A model generated the notes under the pieces. It searched no databases. It saw nothing but the letters and a program-made list of their open reading frames with translations, and was not told the origin of the DNA. This document shows positions 24,851-38,382 of a DNA stretch of 64,000 bases, in pieces; positions within the stretch are counted from its first letter, which is position 1, and every line of letters begins with the position of its first letter. The translations under genes and the position numbers were made by a program. The stretch is from positions 33,852,001 through 33,916,000 of the forward strand of contig OZ024747.1 in NCBI GenBank assembly GCA_964016885.1, written 5' to 3'. The DNA comes from Eledone cirrhosa (lineage: Eukaryota).

Positions 24851-25400
24851 ACAAGTAAGTATGTTTTGAAACAGTGAGCAGGTGGTTTGAAATTAGAAAA
24901 TAGAATAGCTCTTCACCGTATTTTTGACTAAAGTAATTTTAGCCTGATAATGGGGTTTAGAACCCTCAGATAAATGGAAAAAGATGAGTATTGACGTACA
25001 TGGGAGGTGAACTCACATCTTTGGTTATCGCGACCACTGTGCTACCATTACACCAACACATCACCCATCTCTATCCATTTATCTGAGGGTTCTAAACCCC
25101 ATTATCAGGCTAAAATTCCTTTAGTCAAAAATACGGTCAAAGCTATTCTATTTTCTAATTTCAAACCTGCTCACTGTCTCAAAACATACATACTTGCGAT
25201 TTAAACTCGCTAAGAATGTAGCTTCTAATTTGAATGGAAAGAGATGGGTGATGTGTTGGTGTAATGGTAGCCCAGTGGTCGCGATGACCAAAGACGTGGG
25301 TTCGACTCCCATGTACGTCAATACTCATCTTTTTCCATTTATCTGAGGCTTCTAAACCCCATGATCAGGCTAAAATTCCATTAGTCAAAAATACGGTGAA
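24851..25400. mobile_element. ~260-bp tRNA-containing unit in inverted + partial tandem arrangement
   Basis: 24851-25080 inverted relative to 25075-25400; tttatctgagg recurs at 25078 and 25338. Confidence 0.8.
25250..25320 (+). pseudogene. 71-nt tRNA-like cloverleaf (pseudo-tRNA / SINE head); mirror copy 24992-25062(-)
   Basis: Acceptor GATGTGT/GTACGTC, A box TGGTGTAATGG, anticodon arm TGGT-CGCGATG-ACCA, T arm GTGGG-TTCGACT-CCCAT; lacks U33. Confidence 0.7.
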
Positions 25401-25422
25401 ATCTCTCTCTCTCTCTCTCTCT

Positions 25423-25469
<47 letters not shown>

Positions 25470-25671
25470 TATATATATACATATATATATACAAATATAT
25501 ATACATATATATATAGATATATATATACATATATATATATATACAAAATATTAAAACAATCAAATCTTAGTTCAATTGTTTCTTCCAGAGGGATGTCTGG
25601 AATCATCAGCATAACTCTGATTTTGCGTTTCGTTTCGCTTTTCCTACTCGCCAAAAAGCGATTCTCGCTGA

Positions 25672-25711
<40 letters not shown>

Positions 25712-26699
25712 CCAAAGAATAATATGGTTCGTTGATTACTCGATGAATACAATTTTACAATAAAATAAAAGCACTCAACAGTGAAGTTTTCCTGGATTTT
25801 TTGATATTATTCAAAATATTAACAAATGAAAGATATTCATATAATCAAAATATAACCTTTATTATATATATTTCAAAGGTACTGTGTTTTTTTTTCTGTA
25901 CGTCTTCATCAGATTAAATATATGATTTGATATATGACATACCGCTACGGTCTTGATTAACCAATTCCAGTATTAGCAGTCAAATAAAATATATATATAT
26001 ATATATATATACATGTGTGTGTGTCTGCACACAACACACACATACACACAAAAACAACACCACACACATACCCACCACACGCACACATACATACACTCTA
26101 ATTTTGCATCAAATTAAAATAAAAGTGCTTCATCACAGGTGACCAAGCTCTGTAAAAGTATATTTGGCTTGGTTATAGATAGTAATTGGAAGGATGGGGT
26201 AAGGGGGGGGGGCTATTTGGAAAGAAGTGGCTTTTAAATATAGATAAAATATATAAAGAAACTTTCTTGAATGCTGGAAAAGAATATTTGGGGTTGAGGA
26301 GTTATAGTGAGATAGAGAAGAATGGCTGACAAATTAAGTGTTAAGACATCTAATGTAAATACATAAATTACCACCATCGATACAATAATATAACTCTAGA
26401 ACAAGAGAATCCTGTCTAATGTGCTGAATCTCAGGTGCATGTCACCAGAGGAATAACTCGGGAAACAGCACCTATGGCAAGCAATGAAATTGAGACCCTG
26501 TTCAATACTTATCTTTAACAATATTTGACAGATATTATACTGTCAACCCTTTTAGTCATCTCTTATAACATGCATCATTACTGTGTACCTACTTGAAAAA
26601 AACTGGATGTATGTACATATATTAAATAAAGTTGATATATATATATATGTGCACCAGTATATACGATATCAGTCACATTTTTACAGAAGAGGGTTATCT

Positions 26700-26950
26700 C
26701 ATTAATGTTTTGCTAAGTGGCCATGAGCCTACGAATGGCCCCACAAAACTATCTCAGACTTGCACACTGCTTTACAGATGTAACACACATGTGGTTCCCA
26801 GATATTCCTGAATATAACCTGCTTCTGATGCACTCTCATTTTCCCCTTAAGTCCAGCAGTAGACCTACAAGGTTTGCTGCAAAACTGACATGGATATGGA
26901 TGCTTAAAGCGTCCATATGGGGTAGGCCGTTTGAGCACTCGATGCTCTCA
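26700..26950 (-). mobile_element. 3' fragment of C2H2-finger RTE family
   Basis: CQFCSKPCRSTAGLKGKMRVH and CYICKAVCKSEIVLWGH resemble the fingers at 62145-62444. Confidence 0.55.
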
Positions 26951-27007
26951 TAGACAGAGTATGATATCACAGAAACATTCTCTTTTTTTCTGTGATATAT
27001 ATACATA

Positions 27008-28052
27008 TAATTGAATATAAAAGAAAAACGAACACAGATATATACATATATGTGTTCAAATCGTAAGGGACCAGATTCGCTAAGGTGAAAAGAATACTAA
27101 CTATAGACAATAAGGCTTGCCTGTCTCAATTTAAGAATAAATCAAGAAAATAAATACAAACCAGAATTGTGGTAACTACCAATCACCCAGACAGCTTTTG
27201 GTGCTGTTTCGCAATTTTAATTGTGAATAGGAATGCCAATTCTTGCTCATCAGTGGGTGAAGAAATTAGTATCCTTGACACTTCTAAGTATATTAAGGAA
27301 CTGAATAGTGTACTATATATAATAACGCACATGGTATCTTAGCGTGTCTCACAAACATACACCACTAAAAATAGCAGCCAGGATTATTCGACATTTGAAT
27401 TAGCTCAACAAATTAACGGAGCCGAATATATCAAAGGTATATATTTTTCTTTTATATTCAATTATAATATACGGCTCGGAAAAAAATCTCTTTCTTAGAG
27501 CTATTTTGTTGTAAGAGACTATTTTGAGTTTCTAACTCAATATATACCTTTCATATATTCGGCTCCGTTTATTTGTTGAGCTAATTCAAATGTCGAATAA
27601 ACCTGGCTGCTATTTTTAGTGGTGTAAGACACGCTAAGATAGCATGTGTGTTATTATATATAGCCCACAATTCAGTTCCTTAATATACTTAGAAGTGTCT
27701 AAAATACTAATTTCTTCACCCACTGATGGACAAGTATTGGCATTCCTATTCACAATTAAAATTGCGAAACAGCACCAAAAGCTGTCTAGGTGATTGGTAG
27801 TCACCACAATACCGGTTTGTACTTATTTTCTTGATTTATTCTTAAATTGAGACAGGTTAACCCTATTGTCCATAGTTAGTATTCTTTTCACCTTAGCGAA
27901 TATGGTCCCTTGCGATTTGAACACATATATGTATATATCTGTGTTCGTTTTTCTTTTATATTCAATTATAATATACGGCTGCTAAAAATCTCTTTCTTAG
28001 AGGTATTTTGTTGTAAGAGACTATTTTGAGTTTGTAACTCAATATATACCTT
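27008..28052. mobile_element. ~504-bp non-coding HHR unit: inverted arm (27008-27445) + 1.2 tandem units (27447-28052)
   Basis: ttcaattataatatacggct at 27457 and 27961; left arm is the reverse complement of ~27541-27968; related tail at 53180-53270. Confidence 0.85.
27184..27259 (-). ncRNA. Canonical type I hammerhead ribozyme; mutated mirror copy 27717-27792(+)
   Basis: CACCCA-CUGAUGA-GCAA..UUGC-GAAA-CAGC accaaaa GCUG-UC-UGGGUG. Confidence 0.88.
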
Positions 28053-28077
28053 TGATATATATATATATATATATATA

Positions 28078-28415
28078 TATTGTTATACTTGTGGAGGGTC
28101 ATATTGTTGTAATACTATTGCCAGAAATAATAACAGAAGCCACTCACTGTTTGGTTGGTTTTCGCTTCTGTATCTTTCATATCTCCATAGTTAATTCATT
28201 CGGCAATCAATGTTTATCATTGAGTGACCAACAGTCAAAACTACAGATATAAATACATATATATAGTCTAACAAAGTTCTTTCGTTGCACATCTGCTACA
28301 TATCAATGGTACTATTATCATGTTCCCTCTTATTGTGTTGTATTGTAATGTTCACGCCTTTTAATTTTATTTATTTATTTATTTATTTTTGTCTCGGTCT
28401 CTGCGCATGCGTTTG
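28078..28415 (-). mobile_element. pLTR fragment of the PLE family at 39075-42680
   Basis: Reverse-complement similarity to 42290-42678 (ttgttatacttg..gagggtcata; ctttcgttgcacatctg). Confidence 0.75.
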
Positions 28416-28434
28416 AATATACATATATATATAC

Positions 28435-28499
<65 letters not shown>

Positions 28500-28514
28500 T
28501 ACATATATACCTAA

Positions 28515-28556
<42 letters not shown>

Positions 28557-28564
28557 CATATATA

Positions 28565-28832
28565 TCATCATGATGATCATCATCACCGTCGTACGTCCGT
28601 TCTTCCACGCTAGCATGGGTTAGACGGGTGGTCCTATTGTGGGCAGTATCCGGTCGGCTGACCTTGTCTTGCTCATTCGGGACTGATTCTGGCTTGATTT
28701 CTACAGCTGGATGCCCTTCCTAACACCAACCTCATTTAGAGTGAGTGGTGGGTGCTTTTTTGCCCTGGTGCCTATACGTCCACTTTACAGTGTGGGCTGG
28801 GTGCTTTTTGCCGTGGCACCTCCACAACCACT
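28565..28832 (-). mobile_element. SINE/RTE tail copy
   Basis: ttccacgctagcatggg..ttctacagctggatgcccttcctaacaccaacc. Confidence 0.75.
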
Positions 28833-29066
28833 TTGCGTATATACATACACACACACACACACATACATATTTTTTGACGGGCAAAAAAGAATATATATAT
28901 ATATTTTTTTTGTTTTGCTCGTTAAACTCTTGCCTTTCTTGAGGAGATTTTTCAAAAATTTCACCGTTTTAAATTGCCTTGTCCGATGAACTAATGAGGA
29001 CGTTTTTCGTATTTGTCTTATTCGGGAAACCTCTCGTAATGAGGTAATTAGTATTGATTATTATAC

Positions 29067-29101
<35 letters not shown>

Positions 29102-29119
29102 TGTATATATATATATATA

Positions 29120-29157
<38 letters not shown>

Positions 29158-31189
29158 ATAATAATAAATTTGAAGCGTAAAATCCAAAGAGGGCTCGATA
29201 AGGATAAATATATATCAAATATATAAAAACCGTAGAGAAAATATATATTAAAATAACAGATTAAAGTTTAAGCAAAGAATCGCTGCTTTCACCCTTAACG
29301 GGATCTTCTGAAACTAAAAAAATCAATCTGTGAACGCAGAAGTAAATATTTCAAAAATTGTTGCAACCGAAGGAAGACAGGAAGACGATACTTTGGTTCG
29401 TGGAAACCTTCCCTGGCAAAGAACGGATAAAAACGAAGATAATACGTCATTAATTGGAGCGTTGAAAACAATTACACGCAAAGACAAAACCACGTTTATG
29501 GTATAAATGAAGTTGTAGACTAATATTCTATTAGCTGATTCGTGGAGACGTTCTCTGGCAATGAACGGAAAACAACAAGATAATACATCATTATCTGGAG
29601 CGATGAGAATACGACTCCTAACCTTGAACATAACTCACAGCTTTAAATTTAGCTAAATTACCTAGCCGTCGGAACCCGTGCAACCCTGTAGCTAGTACTA
29701 ACTGTATTTGTAAGAATCGGGTTGACTGCCCCCTATCCGCTAAATGTCTCGCTAGTAACATTGTCTACAAATGTAAGGTTGAAACACCCATGTCCCGTAA
29801 GGCCTACATAGGGTTAACCGCCAATAGATTCAAGCAGCATACCCATTCTTTTCGTTACCCTCTAAGAAGGAATATGACGTCACTTTCAACTTATATATGG
29901 AGTCTAAAATCAACCACACCCAATATAAGTTACACTGGGAGATCCTAGCTAAAGCTAGATCGTATAACAGAAATAAAAGGCTATGTGACTTCTGCGCCGC
30001 TGAGGCCCTGGAAATACTCTCCGCCAAAGACCACATCTTAAACAAATAATCTGAGGCAATTTCGGCTTGTAAACATAAATTGCACAAAACGTTCCTGTAT
30101 TACAGCCACACATTATGCCCTAACGGATAGTACGAACTATACGCTGATATTTTACGTCTTGATGTGGTAGCTAAGTATATGTTATATTTATACCATTACT
30201 TATTTCTATAGGTAAGTATATATTAACTGTATGTTTTGTAAAGGTACGTATACATTCTCGTACGTATATTTGCTTGTATATGTTATGGCGTATATATTAT
30301 ATATAGTGGAACATGTGTATATGGTTATGTGTATACGCGAGTTCTGCGTCTGTGTGAGTATGCGGGTTCGTACGTATGTAGGGTGTGTGTATATGTGTAC
30401 TTTGTGTTTTGGTTGACGTACGTCTGCGTACATATGTGTATTTACATGTAGATATGTGTGTGCGCATTATATACGTATTTATGTTTGTATATCTATATAT
30501 GTTTATATAATTATATGTATACACGCACACACACACACATATATATATATTTTTTTAAATACAGTATTTACGTATCGAGAGAGAGAAAACAAGGGGAGGA
30601 TAGGTGATACATATAGTTATTTGCCAAGTAGCGTATGCCAAAGGTGCTCGATACTAGTGCCGGCAGTATTAAATATTCGAAGTGTTAATATTTAGTGGTC
30701 TAGAGAGTTAGCAGAGCGTAAGCACGTGGGAAATTAAGAAATCGGAGAATAGACCGTTAAAACATGTTTATTTAAAACAGCACCTATGTACGTTTCGATC
30801 AGTTGGGCTTCTCAAGGGCATAAAAATCAAAAGTGTTCCTTACATTGCTCGGAAAGAGTTTTTGGGGTTAAATCCACGTCAAGGTTCATTGCTCGCAAAA
30901 ATAGCTAGTTTTGATTTTGCAGCAGGTCAAGGGAGGTAACTCTGGCCGGTGTTAGGGCAGTCTTTCTTGGACGAATTTTTTTTATCTGCTATGAGATGAC
31001 GTTACACCCCTACCATTGTCGATACGCATGTAATCAACGCTTATTTTGAGAGAATTTTTTTGCCGCATCTGTTTGTCTGAGTCGTTTGAGGCTGGGTCTG
31101 GTATGCAAGGATTGTTTCCTGGGTGTTATTTTGCAGCGCCTGCCCGCCGGGGTGTTAAGATTTGTTGCAGGGAGATCCGGTGCACGGTT

Positions 31190-32074
31190 TCACTCCTCAT
31201 ACTTAACCCATCTGAAGAAGGATATTTTTAAGCGATGTGTACAACTTATCGCTGTTTCAGCTCTGCTGTTGATGAGCTCGTGGGGTGCAGTTATGATGTG
31301 GTAGAGCTCCATGAGGCAAAGATCGCATTTCCTCTTGAAGTTGTACGGTGCAGTCCTGCCTACAATCTCCCAGTGCGTGGAGAAGCTGATGTTTAAGTCC
31401 TTTAGTGATGTGATGTAGTCCGCGAGCGAAGTGGAGTGCCTTAGTTTTCTATTTGTGAAAGAGTGGAGATGTGTTCGAAACCTAATTTTGAACGGGCCGG
31501 AGGTAGCCCCTATATAATGTTTAACGTTATTGTGGCTAGTAATAGTGCATCTATATATAACCCTATCAGTCAAGCAGTATCCTCTAATGGGGCAGCGTCC
31601 TCTGTCGCGGCAGTTGCAATTTCTGTCGCGGTTCCGTCTATTTCCCACGGTAAGTATATCATTGTTGCTGCCTACGTTGTTACCTACGCTACCGCAGCTG
31701 TCGTTAGCACCATTACAACCCACAGCACACGGGGTGGTGCGATTGTTATTCCGCACGTCATGTCCTGCATGTTCCCCAGTCATTTTGCGGTTATGCTGAT
31801 TGCGTCTGCGGATGCCGTTGCCAACACTATTGGATGCTGCCAGGGAGTTGTTAAGGCCGATATAGTTATTGTCAGGTGTAGGTGCGTCTGTGTCGAGGTG
31901 CTGTGTCTTGGTGATCTTACTGTGGTTCGTTGTTCCTATGATGTCTGCTAGGTTAGGAGTAGTAGAGAAGGATATTTGTATATTGTTCCTATTAAGAATT
32001 TTTCTATGCCTATGGTTGGGCAGGAAGTTCTTCTCTAAGGCTTCGAAGAACATCCGAGATATGTTGGAGGCCAC
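31190..32074 (-). pseudogene. PLE C-terminal linker + GIY-YIG endonuclease
   Basis: CNCRDRGRCPIRGYC..VIYRC..HYIGATSGPFKIRFRTHLHSF..CDLCLMEL..LINSRAE. Confidence 0.88.
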
Positions 32075-33661
32075 ACTCCGAGAGTAGGGGAGGGGGGAAC
32101 CATAGGATGTTACGGTGGCGATTACGTGTCCTTGTACTTTTGCTACGGGTGGTTCTATCTAGGTGACCGCTCTTATGTGTGTTAATGCGCAGTCAGCCGT
32201 TCGGTGCCCCTTTTACTTTATGTTCGGGTGCACTCTTCCTACCTCTTCCATGTTTATGTACAGGAAGATGTTGGTTGGAAGGCGTTGGTAGTAGGCCGTC
32301 GCCTTTGTTGGTCACCGTCGCCGGGGTCGTGATCTTTAGTGCGGTTATCTATTCTATTATATCCGACTTCAACGAGGTCGCCGCGTGATCGGTTATAGGT
32401 ATGGCTTACTATAACGTTCGTTTTATGAGGGGGTGGTTTCTAGAGCTAGCGTTTGGGATGTAGGAAATTCCTCGGTTAAAGCCGGCGCTTATCAGGGCCC
32501 TATTGTAGTAATCTGCCGCTTGATTGAAGATATCCTCATTGGCGGATAGCCTAGAGATTCTATGTGAGGTACTATAGACTATGGAGTTGAGAGTCTGCTT
32601 AGGGTGTTTGGAGGCATAATTAATATAATAGAGGCACTCTCCATGCTTATGGTATGGCTTGTATAAGCCCGTACTCAACTCCAGGGTCACGTCCAGGAAG
32701 TTGACAACCCTGTGGTTGAGGTCTATATTTACGGATAGGCCGTATGACTTGAAGAACCTGTGTATATGTTTGTTAAGGTTCTCTATCCTACGGTTCCTAA
32801 CGGTAAACAGGGAGTCGTCCCTATATACACCTCCTTGTAGGGCCGGTATCTCTTCCCAAATTTAGGAGGTATATCCCGACCAGGTCAGATGCTTGCGCTG
32901 AGTCACTGGACCCCATCGTGAGATCGAAGTTATCAGGACGGTTGGTTCTGGTCCAGTGGGAGCCTTCGAACTGGATAATGGTTCTACGCGGCGCTAGAAT
33001 TATGTCTATTTCTTTTTTAATGAGACTAGTGTTACATTTAGCTAAGATAAGAGCCTTATGTAAGAGTATGTGGGAGATAGAGGCCTAGTAACTATCTATA
33101 TCAAACTGGATGAACTTCAGGGTGGCTTTATCCGGCAACTCGGTGAACCAATTTATGACCTGGTCGATGTTGCCCCAGAGGCAGACTTTAGCCTTTCTAT
33201 TAAGCTCCAGTAGTACTCTGTCGAGGATCACTTTACTAATCTTACCTATATCTGATGTAGAGGGGCTATCAGTCTAATAGAGGGGCTTTCATTAAAGTCA
33301 TATTTGTGATCCTTAAGAGAGAATTTAGGCGTCAGAGGGACGTACGGATTAATGTACTTTTCTCTTTCACGACCCCGGCGACGGTGACCACTGTAGATTA
33401 CTCGAACTATTCCCCTATTACAAAACCAACAAAGGCGACGGCCTACTACCAACGCCTTCCAACCAACATCTTCCTGTACATAAACATGGAAGAGGTAGGA
33501 AGAGTGCACCCGAACATAAAGTAAAAGGGGCACCGAACGGCTGACTGCGCATTAACACACATAAGAGCGGTCACCTAGATAGAACCACCCGTAGCAAAAG
33601 TACAAGGACACGTAATCGCCACCGTAACATCCTATGGTTCCCCCTCCCCTACTCTCGGAGT

Positions 33662-34528
33662 GTGGCCTCCAACATATCTCGGATGTTCTTCGAAGCCTTA
33701 GAGAAGAACTTCCTGCCCAACCATAGGTATAGAAACATTCTTAATAGGAACAATATAAAAATATCCTTCTCTACTACTCCTAACCTAGCAGACATCATAG
33801 GAACAACGAACCACAGTAAGATCACCAAGACACAGCACCTCGACACAGACGCACCTACACCTGACAATAACTATATCGGCCTTAACAACTCCCTGGCAGC
33901 ATCCAATAGTGTTGGCAACGGCATCCGCAGACGCAATCAGCATAACCGCAAAATGACTAGGGAACATGCAGGACATGACGTGCGGAATAACAATCGCACC
34001 ACCCCGTGTGCTGTGGGTTGTAATGGTGCTAACGACTGTGGCGGTAGCGTAGGTAACAACGTAGGCAGCAACAATGATAGCCTTAACGTGGGAAATAGAC
34101 GGAACCGCGACAGAAATTGCAACTGCCGCAACAGAGGACACTGCCCCATTAGAGGATACTGCTTGACTGATAGGGTTATATATAGATGCACTATTACTAG
34201 CCACAATAGCGTTAAACATTATATAGGGGCTACCTCCGGCCCGTTCAAATTTAGGTTTCGAACACATCTCCACTCTTTCACAAATAGAAAACTAAGGCAC
34301 TCCACTTCGCTCGCGGACTACATCACATCACTAAAGGACTTAAACATCAGCTTCTCCGCGCACTGGGAGATTGTAGGCAGGGCTGCACCGTACAACTTCA
34401 AGAGGAAATGCGATCTTTGCCTCATGGAGCTCTACCACATCATAACTGCACCCCACGAGCTCATCAACAGCAGAGCTGAAACAGCGATAAGTTCTACACA
34501 ACGCTTAAAAATATCCTTCTTCAGATAG
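33662..34528 (+). pseudogene. Inverted second copy of the PLE linker + GIY-YIG endonuclease
   Basis: Nearly identical protein to 31190..32074. Confidence 0.88.
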
Positions 34529-35711
34529 GTTAAGGATGAGGAGTGAAACCGTGCACCGGATCTCCCTGCAACAAGTCTTAACACCCCGGCGGGCAGGCGC
34601 TGCAAAATAACACCCAGGAAACAATCCTTGCATACCAGACCCAGCATCAAACGACTCAGACAAACAGATGCGGCAAAAAAATTCTCTCAAAATAAGCGTT
34701 GATTACATGCGTATCGACAATGGTAAGGTTGTAACCTCATCTCGTAGCAGATAAAAAAAATTTGTCCAAGAAAGACTGCCCTAACACCGGCCAGAGTTAC
34801 CTCCCTTGACCTGCTGCAAAATCAAAACTAGCTATTTTTGCGAGAAATGAACCTTGACGTGGATTTAACCCCCAAAACTCTTTCCGAGCAATGTAAGGAA
34901 CACTTTTGATTTTTATGCCCTTGAGAAGCCCAACTGGTCGAAACGTACGTAGGTGCTGTTTTAAATAAACATGTTTTAACGGTCTATTCTCCGATTTCTT
35001 ACTTTCCCACGTATATTTTTATATATATCTTTATGTGTATTTGGTGTATATTCGAATGTGTGCGGGTACAGGTGTTGCGTGGGTTCTGTATGTGCTTGCG
35101 TGTTTTTCTTTTTTTGTTTGTGTACGTGCTTGTATTTGCATACCCATTGCAAATGTTTTCGCGTATGCTTGTGTATGTACGTATATGGATGTGTGCATGT
35201 ATATATTTAATTTCAATTACCTCTGTAATTTATTTACTTTATTCTTAACTCTGAAGCCGAGTATCATTCGTTTACCTAAACATAATTTTAGTCTACGACT
35301 TCAGTTACACCATATACGTGGTTTTGTCTCTGCGTGTAATTGTTCTCAACGTTCCACATAACGACGTATTATCTTGGTGTTTTCCGTTAATTGCCAGAGA
35401 ACGTCTCCACGAACCACCTAATAGAACATTAGTCTACGACTTGATTTATACCATAAACGTGGTTTTGTTTTTGCGTGTAATTGTTTTAACCGTTCCAATT
35501 AATGAAGTATTATCTTCGTTTTTATCCGTTCTTTGCCAGGAAATGTTTCCACGAACCAAAGTATCATCTTCCTGTCTTCCTTCGGTTGTAACGTTTTTTG
35601 AAATATTTACTTCTGCGTTCACAGATTGATTTTTTTAGTTTCAGAAGATCCCGTTAAGGATGAAAGCAGCGATTCTTTGCTTAAATTTTAATCTGATATT
35701 TTAATAATTAA

Positions 35712-35809
<98 letters not shown>

Positions 35810-36010
35810 ATATATATATATATACATATACATGTGATAAACTTTTGATGTAATTTTTTATGACCTATTATGACATTATATGCGTGATGTATTGTGTATA
35901 TTTCTATATAGCGCTGGCCTTGAACCCCTCCCTACTTGTCCTTAATTTATCCTTGTTCTGGTGACTGAGCTCGATGGAGCCTGCAAGCTTTGATATATTT
36001 CTCTTTATAA

Positions 36011-36055
36011 GCTCTGATGATTGCTGCCATATGGTATGGATGAAACACTGTTAGC
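36011..36055 (+). ncRNA. Degenerate type I hammerhead motif
   Basis: GCU-CUGAUGA-[weak stem II]-GAAAC acu GUU-AGC followed by aaata, like family Y. Confidence 0.5.
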
Positions 36056-36349
36056 AAATATCACAATGTATTTCTAAGCACTCTTTGGTTATTCCTAAAC
36101 TTATATACATACATATACATATATATATATATATACATATACATATACATATATACCTATATATATATAATAACTTATCCAGTTATTGACGCCCTGGGGT
36201 GAAGTGGTATCTTATCTTTAAAGCATAGAAAAATCCTTGATCCCCAGTAGACAACTGATGAGGAAAACTCCCCCCCCCACCTGTTCTTGCGTTCTTCGTA
36301 TTCGCACTGCATTCTAAGTTACCTTCAAAAGCAACTACACAGCCATCTC

Positions 36350-36459
<110 letters not shown>

Positions 36460-37389
36460 ATACAACATTTAAGTTATTTTGATACCCAAGGGTAGAATTG
36501 GTGGTTCTGGTAGGAAAATGGGGATGTAACAAATCAATCGAAGCTCTCAATGTTATGCAAATCATCGATCATAGATGTGGTATCCAGTTGTTGCAGGAAT
36601 GGTTAAAGTATTTATAATCCGACAACCGAAGGTAGGACTGGAAGATACGCTTTAAAATATTAATTCCGTGAAATCACTACATATTTTAATGGCGCAGTTC
36701 CATCACCCTACATCGTTAATTGTTTCAGATGTCAAGACTTATGTAAAAAAACAGAACCAAATGATAGATGGTAAATTAACCACACTGAAACCACTAATGA
36801 GCATTCCTCCGTACTGTAATTTAACATACGTGCAGTAAACAGTAGTATACACTATTATGTATGTTTTGTTTAGTGTGTTTTATTGTTTGATGATTTTGGC
36901 AACCAACATAATGTTGCGTCAATCCACATAACTCAAGGTTTATTAAGCCATATAATATGAAAAACTGTTGTAACTTCAAAAATGATGAAACTGAAAACAA
37001 TGTAAACCAAGGTATACCTGCATGCATTTGTGTGTGTATTTTGTGTGTATGTGTGTATGTATGTGTGTATGTATGTCTGTATGTGTGCATGTATGCGTGT
37101 GTGTATATGTGTGCATGTATGTGTGTTTGATTGAAAAGAAACTGAATAATATTATGGGCAACATTTCTAATATTTAATGTAACTGTATATACTTAAGTAT
37201 TACTTTGGAATATCAATATCATTAGATCTCTTTTTATAGTCACTTTTCTTATCAGTGAGCTTGTAAGCGGACATAAAAACGACAATGAAGATGAAAGACA
37301 CATGTGTATATAAATATATCTATATCTATATATACACATACATACACACTCACACACATATATATATGCACAGATGCACACACACACAT

Positions 37390-37457
<68 letters not shown>

Positions 37458-37684
37458 AATAATCTAATGCATATTTTAAAGATAAATGACATTGTTCATT
37501 AATCCAATTCAGGGAACGAGGAATATCTATATATGGTTTCTTAAATAACTTTTTTTTCAGAAACAGAAACTCATGAACTGACTACTCTTTCAAATATAGA
37601 AAAAAATTGGGAATTTCTCAGATCACAAATTATCTCATCTTACACAGAATATATTTCAAAGGTGATTTGTACTTCTTGTTAATT

Positions 37685-37995
37685 AGTGATAGTGATGATG
37701 ATGATGATGGTGGAGCTGGTGCTGGTGATGGTGGTGGTTGGTGATGATGATGGTGGTAATGGTGGTGGTGGTGATGGTGGTGGTGGGTGGTAATGGTGGT
37801 GGTGGTGATGGTGGTGGTTGGTGATGATGATGGTGGTAATGGTGGAGATGGTTGTGATGGTAATAATGATGGAAATGGTGTTGATTATGATGATGAATGT
37901 GATGATGATAACAAGGAGGAATGGTGTTGGCGGTCGTAATTATGATGATGTTGATGATAGTGGTAACCACCATGATGCTGTTCATAGTAATGATG
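37685..37995. repeat. (GAT/GGT)n low-complexity tract (similar tracts 20190-21170, 54435-54725)
   Basis: Direct reading. Confidence 0.9.
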
Positions 37996-38221
37996 AATGC
38001 TGTACCTAATGTTATTAGTTCAAAGATGAAGTTTAGTGCAAAAAATGTGTCATTTTTTATTGATTTAATTAGATTTTTTGTGGTAAACTTTGATTGGTGG
38101 CGTATTAGTAAGGTAATATTGTTATAATTACTACAGAAAATAGAAATTAGTAGATTCTGACTTGGTGAAATCGGTCAAAACAATGAAACATTGCAACAAT
38201 ATTACAGCATTTATGAACACA

Positions 38222-38339
<118 letters not shown>

Positions 38340-38382
38340 GTAATAAGAATATTTATATTTATATACGTTTAATACAATTATA

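Larger units (their letters stand above)
30560..35012. mobile_element. PLE family 2 (tentatively Hydra-clade-like), 5'-truncated, with 1.6-kb inverted arms (30724-32331 / 33368-35012)
   Basis: Minus-strand RT motifs KDHK..RLIAP, FIQFDIDSY*ASI, FDLTMGSSDSAQASDLVG, GVYRDD, VNFLDVTL; GIY-YIG ORFs on both arms. Confidence 0.9.
29155..35706. mobile_element. PLE family 1 second insertion: inverted pLTR (29155-29610), plus-strand GIY-YIG end and 3'UTR (29620-30550), interrupted by PLE family 2, resuming 35030-35706
   Basis: Homology to 12692-14880 on both sides of the nested insert. Confidence 0.82.

Noticed and set aside
25250-25320. Functional tRNA gene (anticodon CGA)
   Set aside because: Lacks U33, has three G-U pairs in the acceptor stem, no long variable arm expected for Ser, and lies in a repeat unit
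34915-34955. UUGAGAA..GAAACGUA as the hammerhead of PLE family 2 (mirror ~30785-30825)
   Set aside because: Stem I and stem II pairing could not be established by eye
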